From sequence record DRR378314_1821: a stretch of DNA of 32,118 bases. One strand, given 5' to 3'. Positions 8,870 through 17,724 of this stretch are shown here, one piece after another (the stretch's first letter is position 1; each line of letters starts with the position of its first letter). Both the position numbers and the translations under genes were made by a program. A model generated the notes under the pieces. The model had not been told where the DNA came from. It saw only the letters and a list, made by a program, of their open reading frames with translations, and searched no databases.

Positions 8870-9514
8870 CTAATTTCTTATGATGTAATACCCATCATTT
8901 TTATACTTGTTCTCGTCAAAAGTAAATAAGGTTTTGGACAAGGGCTGGTCTATTTTAAAAGAATTAACAGTAATCGTCGTTTTTGTACCGTTTTTTCCCG
9001 TTTCAATAAGCTTATAGATATGTTTGGTCTCCACATCTATGCCCAACAAAATAGATTTGATTTCTGAGTTGGTATCAATTGGTGTCAACTTCACAAACTG
9101 TATTTTTCTTCCTTGGATATTTTGCAAAATGTCCCAGTCATAGTTATGCCCCTGCTTGTAAAATGTTAGCATTTTAGATGGTGTAATGGTGTTTTCATCA
9201 TCCAATTTCTCTTCAATGGTTACCTCTTCATTTTCTGGAACAACGGTATATACCTTTTTACCATCATACATTTGCTTGGAACCTAAATAATTGAATAAAT
9301 ACTTATCTCCCTGCATGGTTACATCCCCTCTCGTTTCTGTATTTATATTGGCCTCCTCGTTATTGAGACTGTATTTAAAGTCTACAAAAATATTGTCATA
9401 ACTTTTTACTTTATTATACACTTCATCCAACAAAGTTTTGGCCTTTGCCGAGTTTTGGGCCATAGATATTGAAGTAGATAATACCAATAATATAATAGAT
9501 AATTTAATTTTCAT
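8870..9514 (-). CDS. lolA: Outer-membrane lipoprotein carrier protein LolA
   Basis: Signal peptide, YDGKKVYTVVPENEEVTI strand, C-terminal FTFD; directly downstream of ftsK as in the usual ftsK-lolA synteny. Confidence 0.82.
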   Translation of the reverse strand: MKIKLSIILLVLSTSISMAQNSAKAKTLLDEVYNKVKSYDNIFVDFKYSLNNEEANINTETRGDVTMQGDKYLFNYLGSKQMYDGKKVYTVVPENEEVTIEEKLDDENTITPSKMLTFYKQGHNYDWDILQNIQGRKIQFVKLTPIDTNSEIKSILLGIDVETKHIYKLIETGKNGTKTTITVNSFKIDQPLSKTLFTFDENKYKNDGYYIIRN

Positions 9515-9544
9515 TTTCTTCCATTTAAATTTTTAACATGTCAC

Positions 9545-11926
9545 CTATGCACTTTCATTGCTCAATAGTTGATCCAAGGCATAAATATCAGGTACAAGGA
9601 CCTGACGAGCCTTGCTGCCTTCAAAAGGACCAACAATACCAGCTGCTTCCAACTGATCTATAATTCTCCCGGCCCTGTTGTATCCCAATTTCAACTTTCG
9701 TTGTATCAAGGAGGCCGAACCCTGTTGGGCAATTACAATAACTTCTGCAGCTTCCCTAAACATTGCGTCCCGATCGGAAATATTATAATCAATACTTGTG
9801 CCAGAATCATCATTTCCCAAGTATTCAGGAAGTAGATGCGCATCTGGATAGGCCCTTTGGGAACCAATAAATTCAGTAATCTTAGCAACCTCCGGCGTGT
9901 CTACAAAGGCACATTGGATTCTGGTAACATCATTTCCCTGTGTAAACAACATATCCCCACGCCCTATCAATTGATCGGCCCCCTGGGTATCCAGAATGGT
10001 CCTTGAATCTATTTTTGAGGTTACCCTAAAAGCTATCCTAGCCGGGAAGTTGGCTTTTATAATCCCCGTAATTACGTTAACCGAAGGTCTTTGGGTTGCA
10101 ATGATCAAGTGTATCCCAATAGCCCTGGCCAACTGTGCCAATCTGGCAATAGGGGTTTCCACTTCCTTACCTGCGGTCATAATAAGATCTGCAAACTCAT
10201 CAATTACCAATACAATATAAGGCAAGAACATGTGTCCGTCATTAGGGTTCAGTTTACGCGCCTTGAACTTGGCGTTGTATTCCTTGATATTACGAACCAT
10301 GGCCACCTTTAACAACTCGTAACGGTTGTCCATTTCAATACAAAGCGAATTTAAGGTATTGATTACCTTATTGTTATCCGTAATAATAGCTTCCTCAGAA
10401 TCCGGTAATTTGGCCAGATAATGTCTTTCAATCTTATTGAACAACGTAAGTTCTACCTTTTTGGGGTCTATAAGAACAAACTTCACCTCTGCAGGATGCT
10501 TCTTATAGAGCAAAGAGGTCAATACTGCATTTAGACCAACAGATTTCCCTTGGCCGGTAGCCCCTGCCATCAGCAAATGGGGCATTTTAGCCAAATCTAC
10601 CACAAAAGTTTCATTGCTAATGGTTTTTCCAAAGGCAATGGGCAACTGCATTTCTGCCTTCTGAAATTTACTGGAAGCAATAACGGAACGCATGGATACG
10701 ATGGTGGCATTTTTATTGGGCACTTCTATACCAATGGTTCCCTTTCCGGGTATAGGAGCTATAATTCTAATGCCAAGTGCCGCCAAGGACAGGGCAATAT
10801 CATCCTCAAGGTTTTTGATTTTTGAAATTCGCACCCCTGCATCAGGTACAATCTCATATAGTGTAACCGTTGGTCCAATAGTAGCCTTAATCTGTGCTAT
10901 ACCAATCTTATAGTTCTTTAGTGTCTCGACAATTTTATTCTTATTTTCTTCCAGTTCCTCCTGGTTAATGGTAATGCCACCGCTGGCACCATGCTGATCC
11001 AAAAGATCCAATGGAGGGAATTTAAAATTGCCCAATTCCAGGGTAGGGTCAAATTCACCAAAATCCTCCACCAACTTGTCGGAAATATTGTCGGACTCCT
11101 CTTTCTCTTCTTTAATTTTTTCCACTTCCATGGCAATAGTATCCTCTTCTGCACCCACCTTTACTTCAAATTCCTCCTCATCGTCTTCTTTTGCCAAAAC
11201 AGGAATATCTTTCTTATGGGTGTAGGTGTCTATTACCACGGGGGTTTCTTCCTTTTCCTTGGAATATAAAATATCGTTCTCCCTGTCGCCGTCATCAACC
11301 TTGGCCGACTTACCATTTTTAAATTCGCTAGCCAAAGATTTTCCTTTATCATTTAAATAGGCAACTGCCTTGTCCGGGGAAAATTGGAACAACCTTACCA
11401 AAATAACTATCAGACCAAAAAGTAGCAAAAGAAAGACTCCAACTTTTCCTCCATAATCCTGTAGAAAATCGTTCATCTCGTACCCGACCATACCGCCCAA
11501 CAACGGTTGTCCCGACGCAAAGAAGCCAAGGGCTACGGAGAACCAGATTATAAAAACCAAGCCCCATATCCATTTACGAAGCAGCCCTTGTTTCTGCATG
11601 CTCAAAAATAGGTACAGCCCCGTTATAAATAGTAAAAAGGTAAATATGATAGAAGAAACGCCAAATCCTTTATAAAGCACAAAATGACTTACGTTGGCTC
11701 CAAATTTATTCAATAAATTTCTGGCCTGTTCATTCCTGTTAGCAAATTCAGTCAGCAAGCTTTGATCTTCCTGCCAGGTAAAATAAAAGGAGACAAAGGA
11801 AAAGAATAAGGCAATACTTAAAAGCATTAACAACCCCCCAAAAATTATTTTGTTCTGTTGCGATAGTTTTAAGGAAAAGCCTTTTTTATTGGGTGTTGAC
11901 TTTGGTTTTTTTACCTTTTTTGCCAT
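9545..11926 (-). CDS. ftsK: DNA translocase FtsK
   Basis: N-terminal TM domain, Walker A AGATGQGKS, IDPKKVEL, VIDEFADL, ATQRPS and gamma domain SLIQRKLKLGYNRAGRIIDQLE. Confidence 0.97.
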   Translation of the reverse strand: MAKKVKKPKSTPNKKGFSLKLSQQNKIIFGGLLMLLSIALFFSFVSFYFTWQEDQSLLTEFANRNEQARNLLNKFGANVSHFVLYKGFGVSSIIFTFLLFITGLYLFLSMQKQGLLRKWIWGLVFIIWFSVALGFFASGQPLLGGMVGYEMNDFLQDYGGKVGVFLLLLFGLIVILVRLFQFSPDKAVAYLNDKGKSLASEFKNGKSAKVDDGDRENDILYSKEKEETPVVIDTYTHKKDIPVLAKEDDEEEFEVKVGAEEDTIAMEVEKIKEEKEESDNISDKLVEDFGEFDPTLELGNFKFPPLDLLDQHGASGGITINQEELEENKNKIVETLKNYKIGIAQIKATIGPTVTLYEIVPDAGVRISKIKNLEDDIALSLAALGIRIIAPIPGKGTIGIEVPNKNATIVSMRSVIASSKFQKAEMQLPIAFGKTISNETFVVDLAKMPHLLMAGATGQGKSVGLNAVLTSLLYKKHPAEVKFVLIDPKKVELTLFNKIERHYLAKLPDSEEAIITDNNKVINTLNSLCIEMDNRYELLKVAMVRNIKEYNAKFKARKLNPNDGHMFLPYIVLVIDEFADLIMTAGKEVETPIARLAQLARAIGIHLIIATQRPSVNVITGIIKANFPARIAFRVTSKIDSRTILDTQGADQLIGRGDMLFTQGNDVTRIQCAFVDTPEVAKITEFIGSQRAYPDAHLLPEYLGNDDSGTSIDYNISDRDAMFREAAEVIVIAQQGSASLIQRKLKLGYNRAGRIIDQLEAAGIVGPFEGSKARQVLVPDIYALDQLLSNESA

Positions 11927-11946
11927 TAAATCTTAAATTCTGGTGG

Positions 11947-11962
11947 CTAAATTACAAATTTA
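11947..11962 (-). promoter_or_regulatory. Tandem -7-like elements upstream of ftsK (TAAATTTG and TAATTTAG)
   Basis: Exact TAnnTTTG at 11955-11962 and a one-mismatch copy at 11947-11954, about 20-35 nt upstream of the ATG. Confidence 0.55.
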
Positions 11963-12054
11963 CTTATGAACTCATCAGAACTTTTCCTATTGAAATAGCA
12001 TTTTACGGAAACTCTGTACAAGCTAGATTGGGATTCTGGAAAAACTAATAGTCT

Positions 12055-12420
12055 TTAAAAGATTTTGGGAATATAGATGATAAGGCCAATAATGGATGCA
12101 GCAATGGATACCAACATAACGGCACCGGCAGAGACATCCTTAATAAACCCAATTTTTTCATCAAATTCGGGTTGCACAAAATCTGCTATTTTCTCCACGG
12201 CCGTGTTTAACCCCTCTATTCCCAGGACCAATCCAATAGCCAAAATTTGAAGAATCCATTCGGTATTGGAAATTTCAAAATAGAATCCAGCAGCAGTCAT
12301 CACCAAAGTAATAAAAACCTGAATCTTGATACTGGATTCCGTTCTTATTAAGAGTAAAGCTCCCTTTATCGCGAAACCTACGCTCTTAATGCGATTCACC
12401 AAAAAGCTTTCCTTAGGCAT
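12055..12420 (-). CDS. dgkA: Prokaryotic diacylglycerol / undecaprenol kinase
   Basis: 121 aa, 3 TM segments, EGLNTAVEKIAD and KDVSAGAV motifs. Confidence 0.9.
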   Translation of the reverse strand: MPKESFLVNRIKSVGFAIKGALLLIRTESSIKIQVFITLVMTAAGFYFEISNTEWILQILAIGLVLGIEGLNTAVEKIADFVQPEFDEKIGFIKDVSAGAVMLVSIAASIIGLIIYIPKIF

Positions 12421-12919
12421 CCATCAATACTTCTAAGGCCGCCTTGTAATTGGGCTCATCAACAGTTTCCCCAACCTGCTCCGTATAGATAACCTTTCCT
12501 TCTTCATCCAATACCACCACCGCTCTGGAGTGCAGGGATTTTAATGGACCGTCCACAAATTCCAAACCAAAGGCCTTTCCAAAGTTACCGTCCCTAAAAT
12601 CGGACAACATTTCCACGTTTGCTATTCCTTCTGCACCACAAAAACGACCTTGGGCAAAGGGAAGGTCTTTGGAAACACATAAGACCTTAGTGTTTTTCAA
12701 TTCGGCAGCTTCCTTATTAAATTGTCTTACAGATTGTGCACATGTTCCAGTATCTACACTGGGAAAAATATTTAATACCACTTTTGCACCTTTATAATCG
12801 TCCAATTGTATATTGGACAAATCTCCCTTGGTCAAAGAAAATCCAGGGGCTTTACTTCCTGGTTCAGGTAGTACGCCAATAGTGTTTATAGGATTTCCTT
12901 TAAGTGTTACTGTAGCCAT
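12413..12919 (-). CDS. tpx: Thiol peroxidase (atypical 2-Cys peroxiredoxin)
   Basis: FPSVDTGTC, SKDLPFAQGRFC and EPNY motifs. Confidence 0.95.
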   Translation of the reverse strand: MATVTLKGNPINTIGVLPEPGSKAPGFSLTKGDLSNIQLDDYKGAKVVLNIFPSVDTGTCAQSVRQFNKEAAELKNTKVLCVSKDLPFAQGRFCGAEGIANVEMLSDFRDGNFGKAFGLEFVDGPLKSLHSRAVVVLDEEGKVIYTEQVGETVDEPNYKAALEVLMDA

Positions 12920-13030
12920 AATTAATTTTTTAAATTTTGCGTGAAAATAAAAAATATATGCTTGATAAATAAGGAATATAGGATAAAAAGTAGGACAATA
13001 ATTAGACTTGCTTAATTACATAAATAATTA

Positions 13031-13073
13031 AAATACCCCTATCCTATGTAGTAACATAAAAATAGAGGTATTT
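13031..13073 (-). terminator. Intrinsic terminator after the ahpC-trx-small protein unit
   Basis: Minus strand AAATACCTCTATTTTTATGT-TACT-ACATAGGATAGGGGTATTT; mismatches are G-U compatible in this orientation; followed by A/T-rich tail. Confidence 0.6.
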
Positions 13074-13103
13074 GCCTTTATTGGGATTTGAATCCTACAC
13101 CAA

Positions 13104-13361
13104 TTATTTGTCTATAGAACCAACGACCCTTTGCATAAATTCGTTCAAAGCCTCTTTTTGGGGCTTACCTTCCTTTATGGATTTTTGTACCTCCAAGGCT
13201 CCGTACAGATTGGAAATCAGTTCACCAATAACATCCAATTCCTCATCCTTTAATGAAGAGACTTCGGTAATGGACTCCAAGGTTTCTATTGTTTCCAATA
13301 CATAATCCTCATCGTTTTCCGCTATAAAGCCGGTAAGGTGTTTAATTACTGGTAACTTCAC
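13104..13361 (-). CDS. Small acidic helical protein of unknown function (resembles Bacteroidota DUF6952)
   Basis: 85 aa, MKLPVIKHL...ELDVIGELISNLYGALEV; overlaps the trx stop by 20 nt. Family name is from memory. Confidence 0.75.
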   Translation of the reverse strand: MKLPVIKHLTGFIAENDEDYVLETIETLESITEVSSLKDEELDVIGELISNLYGALEVQKSIKEGKPQKEALNEFMQRVVGSIDK

Positions 13362-13656
13362 TGATCAATTCCTTTAAAACTTCATACTTATTGGTCTGTA
13401 CCTGATTCTTGAATTCACCATCGCTAAAAATGGCAAAAGTGGGAAGGTTGTCCACATTGGCCAACTTTCTGGATTCAGGAAATTTCTCTGCATCTGCAAG
13501 AACAAAGGTGATATCCTCATTAACGGAGGCTTCCTTTTTGAACTTTGGCTTCATTATTCTACAGTTGCCACACCAAGTAGCCGAATATTGAACAACCACA
13601 TTTTTATTTTGATCAATAATCTCTTTAAGATTATCATTTTCCAATTCTACTATCAT
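13342..13656 (-). CDS. Thioredoxin family protein (WCGNC)
   Basis: 104 aa, YSATWCGNCR active site and LPTF cis-proline loop. Confidence 0.92.
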   Translation of the reverse strand: MIVELENDNLKEIIDQNKNVVVQYSATWCGNCRIMKPKFKKEASVNEDITFVLADAEKFPESRKLANVDNLPTFAIFSDGEFKNQVQTNKYEVLKELISEVTSN

Positions 13657-13677
13657 AAATTCTAAGTTTAATTTTAT

Positions 13678-13716
13678 AAAAAAGGAGTCAATTCAAAATA
13701 TCAATTGACCCCTTAT
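13678..13716 (-). terminator. Terminator-like hairpin between ahpC and trx
   Basis: Minus strand AAGGGGTCAATT-N9-AATTGACTCCTT then TTTTAT; one G-U pair. Confidence 0.65.
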
Positions 13717-13731
13717 ATTTAATTCTTGAAT

Positions 13732-14376
13732 TTAGTTTGCGTGTGCGGACAAATAATTGGCCACACCATTTCTATCCGCAGTCATGGCATCTTTACCTTC
13801 TTCCCAATTGGCAGGACAAACTTCTCCTTTTTGTTGAACGTGGGTATATGCATCGATCAAACGCAAATACTCATTTACATTTCTACCCAAAGGCATATGA
13901 TTTATTCCTTCATGGAACACGGTACCTTCCTCATCTATTAAATAGGTAGCTCTGTAAGTTACATTATCGCCATCTACCATAACAACACCTGTTTCCTCAT
14001 TATACTGCTCATTGGTGATATCCAATATACCCAAAGTGGAGGCTAGGTTTCTGTTGCTATCTGCAAGAATAGGGTAGGTAACCCCTTCAATTCCTCCATT
14101 ATCCTTAGCCGTATTCAACCATGCAAAATGAACTTCGGCAGTGTCACAAGAAGCTCCGATAACCAGTGTGTTCCTTTTTTCAAATTCACCCAAAGCAGCT
14201 TGAAAAGCATGTAATTCTGTTGGACAAACAAAAGTGAAATCTTTTGGGTACCAGAATAAGATAACTTTCTTATTATTTTTTTGAGCCTCTTCCAATACAT
14301 TCAATTTGAAAGTATCGCCTAAATCGTTCATTGCATTTACGCTTAGGTTTGGAAATTTTTTACCTACTAAAGTCAT
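13732..14376 (-). CDS. ahpC: Typical 2-Cys peroxiredoxin (AhpC/Prx1)
   Basis: YPKDFTFVCPTE (peroxidatic) and GEVCPANW (resolving) motifs. Confidence 0.95.
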   Translation of the reverse strand: MTLVGKKFPNLSVNAMNDLGDTFKLNVLEEAQKNNKKVILFWYPKDFTFVCPTELHAFQAALGEFEKRNTLVIGASCDTAEVHFAWLNTAKDNGGIEGVTYPILADSNRNLASTLGILDITNEQYNEETGVVMVDGDNVTYRATYLIDEEGTVFHEGINHMPLGRNVNEYLRLIDAYTHVQQKGEVCPANWEEGKDAMTADRNGVANYLSAHAN

Positions 14377-14457
14377 ATTTATAAAATTTATACAATTAAT
14401 TTCTGACGTAAAATTACATCTAATTACAGGGGTTTCTGCTAATATGGATTTAAAAAA

Positions 14458-14501
14458 CTTATGCCAATATAACTATTGTATATACCTATGCCGAAAACTA
14501 T
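14458..14501 (-). promoter_or_regulatory. Candidate OxyR/LysR-type operator upstream of ahpC
   Basis: Minus strand ATAGTTTTCGGCATAGGTATATACAATAGTTATATTGGCATAAG: repeated ATAG tetrads including ATAG-N7-CAAT, upstream of a TAATTTTA -7-like element at 14409-14416. Confidence 0.45.
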
Positions 14502-14623
14502 ATTTACTTGTGAAGTTGGAAAAATTTACACCCTTAATTTCTTTATTCCATAATACAAATAGGTTAAAATTATCAAGTTCGTTTTTGAATAAATTAACTG
14601 ACTTAATAATAATTTGATTTGTT

Positions 14624-14663
14624 AAAAAACAACCCACTTTGCCTCTTACGGAAGTTGGTTTTT
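14624..14663 (-). terminator. Possible terminator downstream of the NhaC-family gene
   Basis: Minus strand AACCAACTTCC-GTAAGA-GGCAAAGTGGGTT followed by GTTTTTT; imperfect stem. Confidence 0.4.
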
Positions 14664-14809
14664 ATTTCTATTGAAATATCTTGATATATAGTAATCGCAA
14701 AGGAGGAAATCGAGGAATCGCAATAGGTAAATGGGCATGTTATTTAGCAAAAGCCAAGATAATTGCCTGCATCACACAAATCTAATTAAGAAATAATTGC
14801 TGACGATTA

Positions 14810-16285
14810 TTAACCAGCCACCTTGGATGTCTTAAGCTGTCTTATCTTTAAGTGCAAGGCCGCAAAGAAGAGGGTCGTAAAAGGACTCAACCAATTGAAT
14901 ATGGCATATACAAAATATTCGGCAACCCCAACGCCCAATACCCCTGACTGATAAGCCCCACAGGTGTTCCAAGGAATCAATACCGAAGTTACCGTTCCAG
15001 AATCTTCTAGCGTCCTACTCAAATTTTCTGGTGCCAGACCCTTATCCTGAAAGGCTTTCTTAAACATTTTACCAGGGATAACTATAGCTAGGTATTGATC
15101 ACTGGCTATAGCGTTTAGACCAATACAGCTCATTACAGTACTGGCAAACAATCCAAATACTGAACTTGCTATGGACAATAACGATTTTGTAATTCTGGCC
15201 AATGCCCCAATGCCATCCATAATACCCCCAAATACCATAGCACAGCATATAAGCAATATGGTCCATATCATGCCTTGCATACCCCCGGCGCTGAACAGAT
15301 CGTTCAACTTTTCGTTTTCCGTGACTATGGCAGTATCAGTAAAAATAGCGTTGAAAATTGCCGTTACGTTGGAATCCGATAGGGTTTTTAATACCTCTGT
15401 CTGAAAAAATAGGGCAAATACCCCAGCCAAGGCTACCCCTGAACCCAGCGCAATCAATGGTTTGGTTTTTAAAAGTATTAGCGCAATAACAACGCCGGGT
15501 ACAATAAACAAATATGGGTTTATATTAAAGGTATCATCTATGGTAACCAAGAGCGCACTTACATCTGCGCTCCCTGAAGTCTCTATATTTAAACTAATCA
15601 CAGCAAAAACCGTCAATGTTATTAATATTGTAGGGACCGTGGTTATAGTCATGTATTTAATATGTGTAAATAGGTCTGTCCCTGCCATGGCCGGGGCCAA
15701 ATTGGTAGTATCGCTCAAGGGAGACATCTTATCCCCGAAATAGGCCCCTGAAATCACAGCACCAGCTATCATGCCAGGATAAATGCCCAGGGCAGTTCCA
15801 ATTCCAACAAGAGCTATCCCCACTGTAGCAGAAGTAGTCCAGGAGCTACCTGTAGCCACAGAAATAATTGCAGCAATTACAACCGAAGCCGGTAAAAAAA
15901 TGGAGGGATTCAAAACTTGTAGACCGTAATATACCATGGCAGGGATAACGCCACTCACCAACCAAGTACCCGCCAATGCCCCCACCAGAAACAAAATCAT
16001 AATGGGGACAAGAACGCTTTTAAGGTTTTCCAAAACTTCTAGTCCCATAGTTTTTAGGGAAGTTTTATTAAAGAACCCCACAATGGCACTTATGGCTCCT
16101 CCCAATAATAAAATAATCTGATTGGAATATTCCCCGAACCATTCTCCGTCAGCATAGAAAATGTTATAGGCCAACATCATCATCAAAAGAACTACTGGGA
16201 TAAGGGCTTCCCAAATATTCAATTCCTTGTTTTCTACTATATGTTCATTTTCGGGTCCAGCGGGATTGGTACTCAGGTTCTGCAT
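14810..16285 (-). CDS. nhaC: NhaC family transporter (Na+/H+ antiporter or amino-acid transporter such as MetT)
   Basis: ATGSSWTT, SGAYFGDKMSPLSDTTNLA and LSRTLEDSGT..SVLIPWN motifs; many TM helices. Confidence 0.9.
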   Translation of the reverse strand: MQNLSTNPAGPENEHIVENKELNIWEALIPVVLLMMMLAYNIFYADGEWFGEYSNQIILLLGGAISAIVGFFNKTSLKTMGLEVLENLKSVLVPIMILFLVGALAGTWLVSGVIPAMVYYGLQVLNPSIFLPASVVIAAIISVATGSSWTTSATVGIALVGIGTALGIYPGMIAGAVISGAYFGDKMSPLSDTTNLAPAMAGTDLFTHIKYMTITTVPTILITLTVFAVISLNIETSGSADVSALLVTIDDTFNINPYLFIVPGVVIALILLKTKPLIALGSGVALAGVFALFFQTEVLKTLSDSNVTAIFNAIFTDTAIVTENEKLNDLFSAGGMQGMIWTILLICCAMVFGGIMDGIGALARITKSLLSIASSVFGLFASTVMSCIGLNAIASDQYLAIVIPGKMFKKAFQDKGLAPENLSRTLEDSGTVTSVLIPWNTCGAYQSGVLGVGVAEYFVYAIFNWLSPFTTLFFAALHLKIRQLKTSKVAG

Positions 16286-16346
16286 TTAGAAGCTATTTGT
16301 TTCTTCGTAATATTACGATTTTGATATCTCTTCTGCAAACCCAATG

Positions 16347-17567
16347 TTACACCTTAGTACTTATAGATTTTATTATATCCAATTTAATCAGACAGTCCTT
16401 CATGGCCATATAGGTCCTATCAATATGGTCATCCAACCCTATGGAAAACCGAATTAAACCGTTGGACAGTCCCATCTCAATTTGCTCCTCCATTGGAATT
16501 TCCGAAGAGGTGGATGTTCCCGGCGCACTAAACAAGGTTTTGTAAAAGCCCAAGCTAACCGCTAAATATCCCAAATGTTTCTTTTGCATTAATTCCATTA
16601 GGGCATTGGCCTTCTCCAGAGACCCCACGTCCAAAGTCAATAGCCCACCAAAGCCATATTCCATGTTGTATTGCTTTTTCATCACCTCATGACCCACATG
16701 CGATTTTAATCCAGGATATACTACCCGCAATCCGTCCTTTTCAAAATTTTTGGACAGGTACATCGCATTCTCACTATGTTTCTTCATCCTTATATGAAGG
16801 GTTCTCATATTTTTCAATATAGAAGATGCCCTTAGACTATCCAAAGTACTGCCCAATAACATACCCGCTCCGTTATTTACATCCTTGAGGCCCAAACAAA
16901 ATTCTTTGGTACCGCAAACCGCCCCAGCTACGCAATCACTTGTGCCATTTATAAACTTTGTTAAACTGTGGATAACAATATCGGCCCCCAATTTTGCCGG
17001 GGAAATGGATAGGGGCGAAAAAGTATTGTCGACCACCAAGGGGATGTCATGTTTTTTAGCAAGTTTGGAAAGTGCCTGTAAATCGGCCACTTCCAATAAT
17101 GGGTTACTGACCGACTCGCAATAGAGCATTTTGGTTTTTGGGGTAATGGACTTGGCCACTGCATCCAAATTAGTAGTATCCACAAAGGAAATCCCAATAT
17201 TGAATTTTTTTAGAAAATTCTTCATAAGGGCATAGGTACCCCCATAGATGGTCCTACTACTAACAATATGGTCTCCAGCATTGCACAATTGTAGAATTGC
17301 AGCACTTATGGCCCCCATACCGCTCGCAGTTACATTGGCCGTTTCCGTTCCTTCCAAAGCGGCCAAAGCTTCTCCCAAATATAAATTGGAAGGAGAGGAG
17401 TGCCTACTGTAAAGATAACATCCTTCCGTATTTCCCTCAAAAGTATCGAACATGGTTTTTGCCGATAAAAAAGTATAGGTGGAAGAGTCGGATATAGAGG
17501 GATTAACACCCCCATATTCTCCAAAATATTGTAAATCCTGTAAATCATCAGCTGCCTTAAAATCCAT
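16347..17567 (-). CDS. Cys/Met metabolism PLP-dependent enzyme, methionine gamma-lyase-like
   Basis: YSRH..P, ASGMGAI, IYGGT, ESVSNP, VVDNTF, HSLTKFING (PLP lysine), AVSLG and IRFSIG motifs. Confidence 0.85.
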   Translation of the reverse strand: MDFKAADDLQDLQYFGEYGGVNPSISDSSTYTFLSAKTMFDTFEGNTEGCYLYSRHSSPSNLYLGEALAALEGTETANVTASGMGAISAAILQLCNAGDHIVSSRTIYGGTYALMKNFLKKFNIGISFVDTTNLDAVAKSITPKTKMLYCESVSNPLLEVADLQALSKLAKKHDIPLVVDNTFSPLSISPAKLGADIVIHSLTKFINGTSDCVAGAVCGTKEFCLGLKDVNNGAGMLLGSTLDSLRASSILKNMRTLHIRMKKHSENAMYLSKNFEKDGLRVVYPGLKSHVGHEVMKKQYNMEYGFGGLLTLDVGSLEKANALMELMQKKHLGYLAVSLGFYKTLFSAPGTSTSSEIPMEEQIEMGLSNGLIRFSIGLDDHIDRTYMAMKDCLIKLDIIKSISTKV

Positions 17568-17636
17568 AATAACATATTAAATTTACTATTAAAATTAAAG
17601 TTAATACAGTAATTAATCAACCATTTACGACTATCT

Positions 17637-17651
17637 TAGAATATAAAACTA
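17637..17651. promoter_or_regulatory. Candidate Lrp-family operator
   Basis: TAGAATATAAAACTA fits 13 of 15 positions of the E. coli Lrp consensus YAGHAWATTWTDCTR, in the divergent intergenic region. The AT-rich background weakens this. Confidence 0.35.
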
Positions 17652-17724
17652 TTTTTTTACCGATATTTAGATTTTAATTACATGAGTTAGTAAAATTAAA
17701 CTTGAATGTAGAAAATATATCACC

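Noticed and set aside
13081..13103. GGATTCAAATCC (minus strand) resembling a tRNA T-arm or attachment-site remnant
   Set aside because: Only about 12 nt, no other tRNA arms and no integrase nearby; likely chance.
14306..14617. 103-aa plus-strand ORF across the ahpC upstream region
   Set aside because: TTG start, composition typical of translated AT-rich intergenic DNA, overlaps the ahpC start and promoter.
17568..17724. SAM riboswitch upstream of the Met-related lyase
   Set aside because: Extremely AT-rich with no recognisable SAM-I or SAM-II core; a divergent Lrp regulator explains control more simply.
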